Notes: generated by a model from the sequence alone, not told the origin. Numbered from the whole stretch's first letter, positions 10,700-18,489 are shown. The stretch: DNA of 61,637 nt, filler included, from Candidatus Woesearchaeota archaeon (GCA_964342845.1; 5 parts of 5 records of this genome joined end to end with filler, not necessarily neighbours in it); one strand, 5' to 3'. Program-made: numbers and translations.

Positions 10700-11005
10700 T
10701 TATTTTTTTAAACTCTTAACATCCTCCTTAATTTCTCTAAAATCTCTTTTTATATGATCAAAAGATTGTCTTATACTTTTCTTAAACTCGTTATTTTCAC
10801 CAATGAATTTTCCTAAAACAAACTCATAACGAAAACTATTAAGTATTAAACCAATAACAATAGTAATCATAATTGCTTCAAACACAGGGCTATGACCTGT
10901 TACCTTCAACAAAAGAAAATATATAACAATTATTAAAACCAAATAAAGAATTACGTTAACTAATGATAAAAACGGATCTTTTTTAAAATTTATTCCGCCA
11001 ACCAT
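10700..11005 (-). CDS. Hypothetical membrane protein (two TM helices, C-terminal coiled coil)
   Basis: ORF track; ATG at 11005 overlaps the upstream stop (TGATG). Confidence 0.7.
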   Translation of the reverse strand: MVGGINFKKDPFLSLVNVILYLVLIIVIYFLLLKVTGHSPVFEAIMITIVIGLILNSFRYEFVLGKFIGENNEFKKSIRQSFDHIKRDFREIKEDVKSLKK

Positions 11006-11103
11006 CAAAAACCACCTTTAAATAACCAAATAACCAACAATATTAAAATTATAAACAGTAAAACAAGTAAGAACGGATCCAAAACAATTATTCTTTTTTC
11101 CAT
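11005..11103 (-). CDS. 32-aa single-TM peptide (not in the ORF track)
   Basis: MEKRIIVLDPFLLVLLFIILILLVIWLFKGGF*; GAGGT RBS upstream; fills the gap between two co-oriented genes and its stop overlaps the next start. Confidence 0.6.
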   Translation of the reverse strand: MEKRIIVLDPFLLVLLFIILILLVIWLFKGGF

Positions 11104-11118
11104 ATCACAACCTCAAAC

Positions 11119-12954
11119 CTAATCAAACATAGTAAACAAACTACCTTCATCTTTCTTCTCTTCTTCTTCAACATCAAAATTCAACTCTTCAACTTTATCT
11201 TCCTCTTCAGGAGGAAAAGATTTATCTTGATTCTCTTCTTCTATAGTAAAAGACTCTTTCTTTTCTTCAGGAGGAAAAGGTTTATCAAAATCATCTTTCA
11301 TAGGATTAACAAAACCTTCATCTCTTTTAGCCATTAAATTTACAAAAGCACTACCCTCATCTCTTGCAACAGGAGCTCTATCAGATTTCCTTTGTTCTTC
11401 TTTCTTCAAAAAACTTTTCATATAATCTCCTTTTCTATCATCCTTCTCTGCTTCTTCTTTCTCTCTTATGTCTTTTAGAATCCTTTCTTTAAAGTGACTA
11501 ACATCAGACTCAGAAGCCTTCCCAAACTTAAACTTAGGAGCTTTATCCTTCAACTTAACCAACCTAGTTCTCAGTTTCTGTCCTTTCTTCTTCTCATGAG
11601 CAAATACTCTCTTTTTACTATTAGTCAAATTAACTCTTAATTTATTTGAGTAAAATATCAAACCCAAGAAAACAATAACAAATAAAACAAAAGGTAAATT
11701 AGAAGTAGAACTTCCAGGACTAGCTACAACATTTCCAGTCAAACTAGTAACACCTTCTCCAACCTTAGTAATTAAACTCCTAGTATCAGTTAAATACACA
11801 TCACTAAATATTTCATCTAAAACAAAAATACTATAGACCCCTTCATCTAAACTATTCAACAAATCAATAGAAACACTCTCACCTGGATTCAATCCAGTCC
11901 TTTTAATAATTTCAAACTCTTTACCTTCATTATTCCGAGCAAGAATCTTAATATCCGAAGCATAATCTACATTTCCATTATTAGTTAAAACTAATTCATT
12001 TTCACTAAGCAAAACTTCCAGACTCACCACCTCACTAACAGTAAATCCACCAACATCATCTAAGTATGCACTAATAACATAAATTTCCCAGGTTCCAGGT
12101 TTCATAGAACTCGGAAGAATATAATTATATTCTTTACCAGAAACAAAATCATCACTAAAAAACTCATCACCAAAAGGATCATATAAAACAAAATCTAATT
12201 CAGAATCAATTAACTCTCCAGCTTGATCAATCAAATCAGCTTTAATCTCTAACTCATCTCCAGGAATTAAATCAGAAACAAAAACATCTAAAATCAAATC
12301 TTCCTCCTTAGGAATGACCTCAAAACTTAAAACTTCATCTTTATAATTTCCATTCTCATCTTTTACAGTGATATAAAGAGTATGCTCTCCAGACTCAATA
12401 TTATCCTTTAAAACTTCTTTAATACTAAAACTACCTCTTGAAAAAACATCTGTAAACTCTTCTTCGTCAAACTTAACAATTACTTCTCCTTTAATATTAT
12501 CTTCATTAACATCTTGAACTACACCTTCAACAACCAAAGAATCACCTGGATCCAATTCATTATCTTTTAAACTAATTTCAGTAACTAGATTAGTTAAGAT
12601 ATCTAAAGATCTTACATTATCATAAAGACTTTCATGCCCAAAACCGTCTTTAATCAAAACATTAACAACATAAGCACCTGAAGGAATACTATCTTCTGTT
12701 TCGTGCAATAGTATTTTACCTGCTATACTAAATTTACCCTCTTCAATAACAGAAGAAAATTCTCTAATAGTATCACCATTTTCTATATAAACAATAACAA
12801 AGCCCTCATCTAAAGTAGTATAACCTTCTGCTGTAAACTCATCACCAAGTTGGACTTCCAAAGGATCAAGAATAAAATTGTTTAAATCAATAGTTTGTGC
12901 ACTTGCTAAAGGAATTAATAACAAAACCAGTAATAATAACCCTCTTTTTTCCAT
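11119..12954 (-). CDS. Large acidic cell-surface protein (signal peptide, Ig-like beta domains, TM helix, charged cytoplasmic tail)
   Basis: N-terminal signal LLLLVLLLIPLASA, repeated PGD/GTW beta-sandwich patterns, TM helix near residue 425. Confidence 0.7.
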   Translation of the reverse strand: MEKRGLLLLVLLLIPLASAQTIDLNNFILDPLEVQLGDEFTAEGYTTLDEGFVIVYIENGDTIREFSSVIEEGKFSIAGKILLHETEDSIPSGAYVVNVLIKDGFGHESLYDNVRSLDILTNLVTEISLKDNELDPGDSLVVEGVVQDVNEDNIKGEVIVKFDEEEFTDVFSRGSFSIKEVLKDNIESGEHTLYITVKDENGNYKDEVLSFEVIPKEEDLILDVFVSDLIPGDELEIKADLIDQAGELIDSELDFVLYDPFGDEFFSDDFVSGKEYNYILPSSMKPGTWEIYVISAYLDDVGGFTVSEVVSLEVLLSENELVLTNNGNVDYASDIKILARNNEGKEFEIIKRTGLNPGESVSIDLLNSLDEGVYSIFVLDEIFSDVYLTDTRSLITKVGEGVTSLTGNVVASPGSSTSNLPFVLFVIVFLGLIFYSNKLRVNLTNSKKRVFAHEKKKGQKLRTRLVKLKDKAPKFKFGKASESDVSHFKERILKDIREKEEAEKDDRKGDYMKSFLKKEEQRKSDRAPVARDEGSAFVNLMAKRDEGFVNPMKDDFDKPFPPEEKKESFTIEEENQDKSFPPEEEDKVEELNFDVEEEEKKDEGSLFTMFD

Positions 12955-13069
12955 TATTAATTATTTTAAAGCATAAGTTATTTATAAATGTTTTTATACT
13001 AAAATTTAACAAGATTATATTTTACTACCTAATAGTAAAGCTTATAAAGGAAGATTACATAAAAAAACA

Positions 13070-13447
13070 ATGATAAATCAAGAAGAATTTAACGATATGG
13101 ACTTCATAGGTTTTACACTAAGAGAACTCTCTAAAAGAAGAAAAGAAATAATTAATAGGCTTCTACATGATGAAGAACAGAGCAAAAGTCTTGTTAACGG
13201 AGACGAAGCCATACTTACAGAATTAATAACTAATGTAAATTCAAGAGTAAATAGAGATGGTATGAATCATTTTTTCAGAAAGAGTTATCTTGTAAATGAA
13301 AAAGCTTGTAGCCTAGGAATAGAAAGCTCTAAAAAGACCCTTCACCAACTAAACGAAATGTACCAAAACAAACAATTCAGAGAAAATATTATGGGTATTT
13401 ATTGTTACTTAATAGATAGTTACTTAGCTTCTGTAAGAACCTTATGA
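13070..13447 (+). CDS. Hypothetical protein
   Basis: 125-aa ORF with an upstream TATA-like element (CTTATAAA near 13041). Confidence 0.6.
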   Translation: MINQEEFNDMDFIGFTLRELSKRRKEIINRLLHDEEQSKSLVNGDEAILTELITNVNSRVNRDGMNHFFRKSYLVNEKACSLGIESSKKTLHQLNEMYQNKQFRENIMGIYCYLIDSYLASVRTL

Positions 13448-14056
13448 GCCTCTTGTGTAAATTCAAAGGCATCTTCAACAAAATCAGGTCTACCAAATGC
13501 CCTATAGATAGGCATGTATATCGCCCTATTCCTATAATAATCAAGCATTAAATTATACTGTTCCAATACCGGTATTTCCTTTGCATTCCCTACAGATTTT
13601 TCAAGATCAACTAACAAAGGTGATATCTTAACCCTATTAAACGCATCAACTTCGTCTAAAGACATTTTACCAGAATATGCGCCTTCAGCAACTTTATCAA
13701 CCTTACTAATAAACTCATCTAACAAGTTTTTATCATAACCAAGACTTATCAACTCTGTTCTTGTTGGAAAATGCGCAAGATCATGAATATCTAAAGAAGA
13801 CACAGGTATATGTACATTTCCCCTTAAAACAGATTTAACAGTAGAGGGGTTAATATATTTTATAGAACCAAGAGCACCAGGAAGCAAAGCCAACCCAAAC
13901 ATCTTCCAACTAGTTTCTCCTTTAAGGAATTCAATAGAAGTTGCAGGAATATCAACTATGTCATAAAATCTCCAAGGTTCTGATTGTCCAAGATTATAAG
14001 ACCATTGCCTAGCTGCCTTAGAAGGATGACCTTGAAAAAACAAACTAATAGGTGAA
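13420..14056 (-). CDS. C-terminal part of the RHS-core protein whose N-terminus is at 51749-52354
   Basis: 14002-14056 is identical to 51749-51803 (55 bp); both translate as ...FFQGHPSKAARQW...; joined ORF is 1188 nt, 395 aa. Confidence 0.85.
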
Positions 14057-14156
14057 NNNNNNNNNNNNNNNNNNNNNNNNNNNNNNNNNNNNNNNNNNNN
14101 TTAATTAATTAANNNNNNNNNNNNNNNNNNNNNNNNNNNNNNNNNNNNNNNNNNNN
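14057..14156. other. Artificial contig linker
   Basis: N-run/TTAATTAATTAA/N-run, 100 nt, identical at four positions. Confidence 0.98.
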
Positions 14157-14296
14157 AACTCAACTTTCCTAGGATTCTTAGAAACAAACTCTGAAAACTT
14201 TCGAAGATACAACAGGTACATGTCAACAGTGTGGGGACTCTTTCCTTCGACTTTCAAACGAGTTTCAACCCTTTCCAATGCCTGGTCCCATCTCAT
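14157..14296 (-). CDS. xerA: N-terminal part of the XerA-like tyrosine recombinase (continues at 40242-39561)
   Basis: SAM-like N-terminal domain (GKSPHTVDMYLLYLRKF); 14157-14211 is identical to 40243-40297. Confidence 0.85.
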
Positions 14297-14317
14297 ATAA
14301 TATGCATTATGTAATAT
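14290..14317. other. dif-like Xer recombination site (11-6-11)
   Basis: ATCTCATATAA-TATGCA-TTATGTAATAT has the ATAA-N6-TTAT core of dif sites; it overlaps the xerA ATG (14296-14294). Confidence 0.65.
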
Positions 14318-14318
14318 C

Positions 14319-14326
14319 TTTATAAA
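14319..14326 (-). promoter_or_regulatory. TATA box of xerA (probably leaderless transcript)
   Basis: TTTATAAA about 23 nt upstream of the ATG. Confidence 0.55.
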
Positions 14327-14498
14327 TCTTATGAATTATGGCTTAATTCGCTAGAATTAGGAAATTAGGGTTTTTATATAGGATTTAGGTGAAAAAGGTT
14401 GGGATCTAGAGGGAAATGTAGGGTTTTGTGAATGGGTAGAAAAGTTTATATATTGGTTGTTATTATATAATAGTGAAGAAAGTAAGGAGGAAAGAAAG

Positions 14499-14744
14499 AT
14501 GTCAAAGATATACGACTGTAGAGCATTTTGTACGAATATGTATAAAAGTAGCATTAAAAAACAAATGCCAGAAAGCGGTTATACTAACGATGCAAATGGC
14601 TATTTTTGCGGTTTAACTAATAATAGGTGTGTTGGTACTAAAGAAGGATTGACCATATTTTCGGACGACAGGTTAAATGTGGAAATTGTTGAAAGATGCC
14701 CGAGTAGAAAAACGATTGATAGTTTGATGGAATCTAGAAAATAA
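14499..14744 (+). CDS. Small Cys-containing hypothetical protein
   Basis: AAGGAGG RBS before ATG 14499; five cysteines. Confidence 0.6.
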   Translation: MSKIYDCRAFCTNMYKSSIKKQMPESGYTNDANGYFCGLTNNRCVGTKEGLTIFSDDRLNVEIVERCPSRKTIDSLMESRK

Positions 14745-14802
14745 TTTTTTTATCAAAGCTTAAAGGTTTTAATCTTTTTTTGTTTATTATGTGTTAGTAG
14801 TT

Positions 14803-14825
14803 AAAATAGAAAGGTTTATAAAGGG
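14803..14825 (+). promoter_or_regulatory. BRE/TATA promoter; same 23-mer at 30235 and a near copy at 32714
   Basis: AAAATAGAAAGGTTTATAAAGGG. Confidence 0.6.
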
Positions 14826-14851
14826 CGGATTAATAGGAATTGGAAGTTAAA

Positions 14852-15274
14852 ATGGTAACAATTTTTGAAAGAAAAAGAGATATGGAAATGTTAGGTAAGA
14901 GGCGTAGAAAGTTTAAAAGTAAGAATATGATTTCTGGACTTAGAACTGCTTTAAAAGTAGGAATACCTACTCTTTGTCTTTGTGGATTAGTATGGGCAGC
15001 TAAGCCTAGTAGGGAATTTATTAGTGAAGCTGTGGCAGATACGACTAATATGTTTGATTTGTATTATCTTAGGGATCGTGTTGAATATACTGTAAAAAAA
15101 GGAGATACTTTATTTAATATTTGGAAAACAGACTATAGTGGTGATGAATGGGATAATTTTAAGGGTTCTGTTGAACGTTTTAATTACTTAAATCCTGAAT
15201 ATAGGGGGGAATTTAATCCAGATAATATAGAATATGGGAAGAGTTTAAGGTTGCCTATGTCTAAAACGTATTAG
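14852..15274 (+). CDS. Membrane-anchored LysM-domain protein
   Basis: Hydrophobic segment, then YTVKKGDTLFNIW...NPDNIEYGKSLRLP. Confidence 0.75.
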   Translation: MVTIFERKRDMEMLGKRRRKFKSKNMISGLRTALKVGIPTLCLCGLVWAAKPSREFISEAVADTTNMFDLYYLRDRVEYTVKKGDTLFNIWKTDYSGDEWDNFKGSVERFNYLNPEYRGEFNPDNIEYGKSLRLPMSKTY

Positions 15275-15314
15275 ATTTAATTTTTTAGAATTGATTAAAA
15301 GTTATTAGCAGAAT

Positions 15315-15878
15315 TTAGAGTTTAATATGATACCATGTGACACCTGTTTTGCTATATGAATCTTCTATATTTAGTTTGGTTTTTTCTTTTATTTCATTCA
15401 TATGTTGAATTATTTCTTTTTCAGGTAATCTAAAATACAAAGCTAATAAGTTAGAATCAGCCACTAATGGCTGTTTTTTTGTGAAAATGTAGTAAATGAT
15501 TGATCTTTGGATTCTAGGGAGGTGTGTAAAATCACCATAATTAGGGATTCTCTTATCTTTTATTTGCACATATTTTATATTATTCTTTTTACAGAGCTTT
15601 TCTACATCCTTTTTTGTATCTAAACAGACTAGAAACAGTCTCATTTTTGCTTCTGGTAAAATAAGTTGTATATTTTCTTTATAAGATAATACTTGTTTAA
15701 TGGACGGTTGATCTGCTACTATTTTTATTTCTATTGCTGTAAGTTTTCCGAATTTGTCTTTACATAATAAATCAATCCTTCTTCCTATTGGAAACTGTCT
15801 TTTTATTAGAGATAGACCTGATTCTATTAAGTCTAGGTTTTCAGTTAAAAAATCTTCCAAAAGTTGTTCAGAGATCAT
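15315..15878 (-). CDS. PD-(D/E)XK endonuclease (NucS/EndoMS C-terminal-like) with a probable C-terminal HTH
   Basis: SEQLLEDFL...RQFPI-GRRIDLLCKD...AIEIK...QVLSY. Confidence 0.75.
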   Translation of the reverse strand: MISEQLLEDFLTENLDLIESGLSLIKRQFPIGRRIDLLCKDKFGKLTAIEIKIVADQPSIKQVLSYKENIQLILPEAKMRLFLVCLDTKKDVEKLCKKNNIKYVQIKDKRIPNYGDFTHLPRIQRSIIYYIFTKKQPLVADSNLLALYFRLPEKEIIQHMNEIKEKTKLNIEDSYSKTGVTWYHIKL

Positions 15879-15886
15879 TTTAATGT

Positions 15887-16576
15887 TTAATTTTTAACTT
15901 TCTTTCGTTTTCTTCCAGATATAAATTTAACTTGCCCTTCTCTTAGAAATATAATAAATTTCTCTAATTCTTTTCCTTTTGGCATATGTTTAAGTGCCTT
16001 TTTTGTTAGAGAAATACAAGTTTGACGGCCTCTTCTCTTTTTCATAAGAAAGCCCAAATCCATTAAATTGTCCGTATAACTTGAAATTAACGACCTTACT
16101 TCAGAATAATCTCTATTTGGATTAACTTCATTTGCTAGTCCTTTTAAAGTAATCCATTGGCGAGACCCTTCTTTTGATAGTTTAGTAGTACATATTAATA
16201 AAATTTGTTGTAAAGGCGTTAAATGACTCCATACAGGGTCAGCACCTTTTGCGATTTCTTCTTCTAAAGGGTCATCGTATATTTCTTCTTCTGTTTCTTC
16301 TTGTTCTGATTCTATTTCTTTTATCTTTATTTTTTTAGGCTTTATCTTTTCAGGTTCCTCATTATCTTTGAATCTTAGGATATTTTCGATCATACCCTCT
16401 ATCTTATCCATTCGTCTATGGGCTTGTTTTAATTCTGTTGAAAAATCTTCTTTTGAATTAACAATTTTTGCGTATATGTCTGAGATATCTTGCTTAATAT
16501 TACCAAAAGAATTAGATAGAGAAAGATGCAAGTGATTCCATTTGTGATCATCCTTTTTTTTGAATATACCAAACAT
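15887..16576 (-). CDS. Coiled-coil/linker/winged-helix DNA-binding protein (second of pair)
   Basis: N-terminal amphipathic helix, acidic linker, C-terminal LTPLQQILL...ITLKGLANEV...ISSYTDNLMDLGFLMKKRRGRQTCISLT. Confidence 0.7.
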   Translation of the reverse strand: MFGIFKKKDDHKWNHLHLSLSNSFGNIKQDISDIYAKIVNSKEDFSTELKQAHRRMDKIEGMIENILRFKDNEEPEKIKPKKIKIKEIESEQEETEEEIYDDPLEEEIAKGADPVWSHLTPLQQILLICTTKLSKEGSRQWITLKGLANEVNPNRDYSEVRSLISSYTDNLMDLGFLMKKRRGRQTCISLTKKALKHMPKGKELEKFIIFLREGQVKFISGRKRKKVKN

Positions 16577-16614
16577 AGTTTATTTTTAGATTTGCTTGTT
16601 TATATAATTTTTGG

Positions 16615-16803
16615 ATGTTAAGTTGACGTAAAGTTAAACGTAAATAGATATTCCATAGGCGCATGTGAACGTATAGGTTATGTAAAGTTTGCGCATAGTT
16701 TACTAATTGTTAACAATTATATTGGATGAAATAAGGGGTTTTAGACTATTTTAAGGCTGTTTAGATGGTTCACTGGACAATATGAATGTTAAGTGAACGA
16801 TTA
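16615..16803 (+). repeat. Degenerate direct-repeat array (consensus about GTKWACGYAWA), partly 11-bp phased, with a perfect 16-bp palindrome
   Basis: Units at 16622, 16634, 16665, 16676, 16687, 16698, 16709 and 16793; TAATTGTTAACAATTA at 16704-16719. Confidence 0.65.
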
Positions 16804-16857
16804 TTTTGAAGTTTTAAATAAAGTTATAATATGAGAGTTAATTTTGTCTAATTCTAT

Positions 16858-17651
16858 TGTCGAAGTGTCGAAAGATTGTCGAAAAGATAGCTAAATCTAT
16901 TGAATGTTAGCTGAAGTGAGAGTAAATTATAGATCAAAAAGTGTGGATTGTTTTGTAGGAGTAGGGTATCTTATGCGTAAAAGCTTGTCCATGAGCTCTA
17001 AATCCCTTAATTCTGGCTTAATAGTGAGATAAACTCGCCTATTTGTCGAGATTTCCTTGGAAATGGGGAGGTTTTTGAGTAAAATCTCTGAAATATGGTC
17101 TCTGATGGAGCTTTGTGAGAGTTTGAGTTTAGCTGCTATGTCGGAATATGTGATTGGACGCTGTAATTCTTCCTCTAGATGGTAAATTGCCATAAAAACC
17201 ATGAATTCTTTGTCTGTAAGGCTTCTAAATCGGTTGATAAAGTCTGTTTTTAGGTCTTCGAGTGAGTGTATTTGATTGTCTGGTTGTCGAAAGGTTGTCG
17301 ATTGTCTGTCGAGTGTCTGTCGAAAGACCCCTTTATTTCCAGTGGAAAATATTTTTTTATTGTTGGAATTCTTAGTAATTTGAGGTTTTTGAGGCTCAGA
17401 AACTGGTTTTTCTATGTCGGAAGGCTTCTCAAGTGTCGAAAGAAGCTTGTCGATTTTAGCTTTTAAAGCTTGAATTTCAGCATTTTGGACCTTAATTTGG
17501 GTTTCTAAGCTATCTATATGGGCTCTAGACCTAGAAAAAGAGAGTTTAACGTTTTCTTTAAAGATATCTTCTGTCATGGTTGTCGGAAGAGGGATAGAAA
17601 TATAAAGATTTATGTTGTCGGGTTGTCGGAAGAGTTAGAAACTGTTGTCGA
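16858..17651 (+). repeat. Iteron-like array: 16 co-oriented TGTCGR hexamers
   Basis: Starts at 16858, 16866, 16877, 17044, 17139, 17285, 17296, 17307, 17318, 17415, 17434, 17448, 17581, 17616, 17624 and 17646; none seen on the opposite strand in this span. Confidence 0.9.
16927..17577 (-). CDS. Coiled-coil/linker/winged-helix DNA-binding protein (first of pair; candidate initiator)
   Basis: N-terminal coiled coil, low-complexity linker encoded by the repeats, C-terminal LTDKEFMVFMAIY...ITYSDIAAKLKLSQSSIRDHISEI wHTH. Confidence 0.75.
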   Translation of the reverse strand: MTEDIFKENVKLSFSRSRAHIDSLETQIKVQNAEIQALKAKIDKLLSTLEKPSDIEKPVSEPQKPQITKNSNNKKIFSTGNKGVFRQTLDRQSTTFRQPDNQIHSLEDLKTDFINRFRSLTDKEFMVFMAIYHLEEELQRPITYSDIAAKLKLSQSSIRDHISEILLKNLPISKEISTNRRVYLTIKPELRDLELMDKLLRIRYPTPTKQSTLFDL

Positions 17652-17675
17652 AGGTGAGAATAGGTTAGTTAGGCA

Positions 17676-18197
17676 CTAAGAATTATTAAGAACATTCTTA
17701 GGAATTAAGCCTGGATATAGTTTATTAAACAGCAATAAGAAGGTTTGACTACCTATATCTAAACCTGCTGAAACTAATGCATCTGCCAGGTGTTTTGAGA
17801 CTTCTTTTCTGCTACCTTGGATTTGTTTGTAGTTAAGGATTTGATTTAATGTGTGGTAGTTAAGGAAGCCTTGATTTAGTTCAATAGATACTTGATTTTG
17901 CTTTGAATTTAAGACTGCTAAGGTATTTAGGTCTACTGAGAGATCTTGACTTTTAAAGGTGTTTTTTGTTTGTTTAAAGCCCAGGTTTTTTAGTTCTAAA
18001 GTTATTAAGGTTTTAATTATGTTTTTGTTTGTTTTAGAATTATTTTTGAATGTTTGGTTGTCTAATTTAGGGAGTTTGTATACTCTTCCTAAGTATTTTT
18101 TTGTTTTTTGTTTGATCTTTTTATTTCTTTTATTTAGTTTGTTTTCTACTAAGTAGGCGTATTCATTGTTTTTGATTTTTTTAGTTCTAATAAACAT
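17676..18197 (-). CDS. Basic hypothetical protein
   Basis: MFIRTKKIKNNEYAYLVEN...YLGRV beta-hairpin-like N-terminus; no DDE domain. Confidence 0.7.
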   Translation of the reverse strand: MFIRTKKIKNNEYAYLVENKLNKRNKKIKQKTKKYLGRVYKLPKLDNQTFKNNSKTNKNIIKTLITLELKNLGFKQTKNTFKSQDLSVDLNTLAVLNSKQNQVSIELNQGFLNYHTLNQILNYKQIQGSRKEVSKHLADALVSAGLDIGSQTFLLLFNKLYPGLIPKNVLNNS

Positions 18198-18346
18198 GAA
18201 TTTGATTAAATTAAAGGGGATTTAAAAAGGTTTAGTTGTAACTTTTTGTTGAGAACTTAGAGTTTAACTTTATGGGTGTATCGGGATTGAAAATATATTA
18301 CAAAATCTGTGAATGTTTATATAGTAGCTTTTTCTATTTGATGATT

Positions 18347-18454
18347 ATGGAAAAAGAGGTTGATATTTTAAAGATTATGAAGAAGGAGAAGTGTTCCTGG
18401 GAAGAGGCTTCTAAAAGGCAAGAAGAAAGGAAAGATCTGAATAAGTTTTTTTAG
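18347..18454 (+). CDS. Possible small protein
   Basis: MEKEVDILKIMKKEKCSWEEA...; TTTATATA upstream. Confidence 0.35.
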   Translation: MEKEVDILKIMKKEKCSWEEASKRQEERKDLNKFF

Positions 18455-18489
18455 AAGGAGTTTTGGGTTTTAAATTAAAGAAAAAGAAA

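Noticed and set aside
14057..14156. TTAATTAATTAA palindrome within N-runs, four copies
   Set aside because: Artificial linker; the fully visible contigs decrease in size, so neighbours across linkers are not biological and X-containing ORF extensions are artefacts.
13420..14296. RHS tail and recombinase N-terminus as pseudogenes or as neighbours
   Set aside because: Both are contig-end halves of intact genes completed elsewhere in the window, and they are not truly adjacent.
16577..16926. Canonical archaeal oriC with ORB elements
   Set aside because: No ORB-like box with a G-string recognised and no orc1/cdc6 in the window.
16858..17651. Repeat cluster as a CRISPR array or a protein repeat
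   Set aside because: Units are 6-14 bp with irregular or 11-bp spacing, there are no spacers or cas genes, and the repeats fall in different reading frames and outside the ORF.
17676..18197. IS1634-like transposase
   Set aside because: Only the N-terminal ~40 aa resemble it; too short, no DDE domain, no terminal inverted repeats seen, host-like codon bias.
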